Assembly: GCF_031769215.1 (NCBI RefSeq)
Contig: NW_026782152.1
Coordinates: forward strand, 372,001-436,000
Length of the DNA stretch: 64,000 nt
DNA from: Ylistrum balloti
Lineage: Eukaryota
Reading direction: 5' to 3'
Part shown: positions 63,438-64,000 of the stretch, one piece after another
How positions within the stretch are numbered: the stretch's first letter is position 1
How the letters are laid out: the number at the start of each line of letters is the position of its first letter
Made by a program: the position numbers and the translations under genes
The notes under the pieces: model-generated
Seen by the model: only the letters and a program-made list of their open reading frames with translations
What the model was told of the DNA's origin: nothing
The model's database searches: none

Positions 63438-64000
63438 CATGACAGCACAGACTGGTCAGCTTCTAAGTTACCTAGAGAAACAGAGCAGTATTTTGGTGTT
63501 GTGATCATGACTATGGACAAGACTGCATGTGTTGACTGTTTGGAGTAAATTTGTCTAGATACTACTTTCTATAAATGATTTTGTCAACAAACAACTTTTA
63601 AAAAAACATTAAATTTTCCAAAGAAAATGTTTCAAACCAATCAATTTAAGCTCACACAGAGCATTAGTATTTGTAAACAGTAAAATAACTGACAGTAAGT
63701 ACTTGAATGATATCAAAGTGAACACTACTGGTACTTGAAAAATGCCATATAAAGCAAACTTTATAAGTGTAATTTTTAAGATGACAGTAAGTAGGTATGT
63801 TTTTACACCAAAGCAATTTTCCAATGATACATTTAAATAGAATCACAATTTAGTGACATACAAAACAAAACAATCACCGGGAACCAAAATGGACAGAAAG
63901 TTGTGTTATATTTTCATATATATATATATGAATATTATTGTTTGCTTTGACACTCTGGATCTTCTGCAGTGTCCTTTTATTTTTTGTAGAACATGAAACG

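Noticed and set aside
59048-64000. Next upstream BBS8 exon (expected ...EAIACI...DQPE.AL.FYR)
   Set aside because: Searched by eye on the minus strand and not found; presumed to lie beyond the window.

Overview
AT-rich eukaryotic genomic DNA with long introns. It is probably a bivalve mollusc such as a scallop (inference from the SINE style and dense intronic minisatellites). Two spliced genes lie in tandem on the minus strand. (1) The 3' end of TTC8/BBS8: four coding exons, 59047-58876, 54143-54021, 34216-34133 and 29279-29163 (stop). (2) The 5' half of a kindlin/fermitin gene: five coding exons, 24660-24534, 14302-14069, 6212-5995, 5287-5016 and 2131-2029 (318 codons, continuing off the left edge), with a CpG-rich promoter at about 25.0-25.7 kb. 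All exon junctions were read by eye, are GT-AG and are phase-compatible. Ten intronic minisatellite arrays cover roughly 12 kb (about 19%). There is also a DD34E Tc1 transposase relic embedded in one array, plus SINE fragments. Most ORFs in the supplied track are spurious. The most striking observation is that two BBS8 intronic arrays are amplified copies of the neighbouring splice junctions. A 94/95-bp three-part array holds 45 perfect CAG|GTAAGTAT donors, fully complementary to the U1 5' end, just downstream of a weaker genuine donor (CAG|GTCAGT). A 53-bp array holds 19 copies of a genuine acceptor plus the first 39 nt of its exon, each ending in an in-frame TGA. Only the copy feeding the real exon carries a CTGAC branch-point consensus, at -28.
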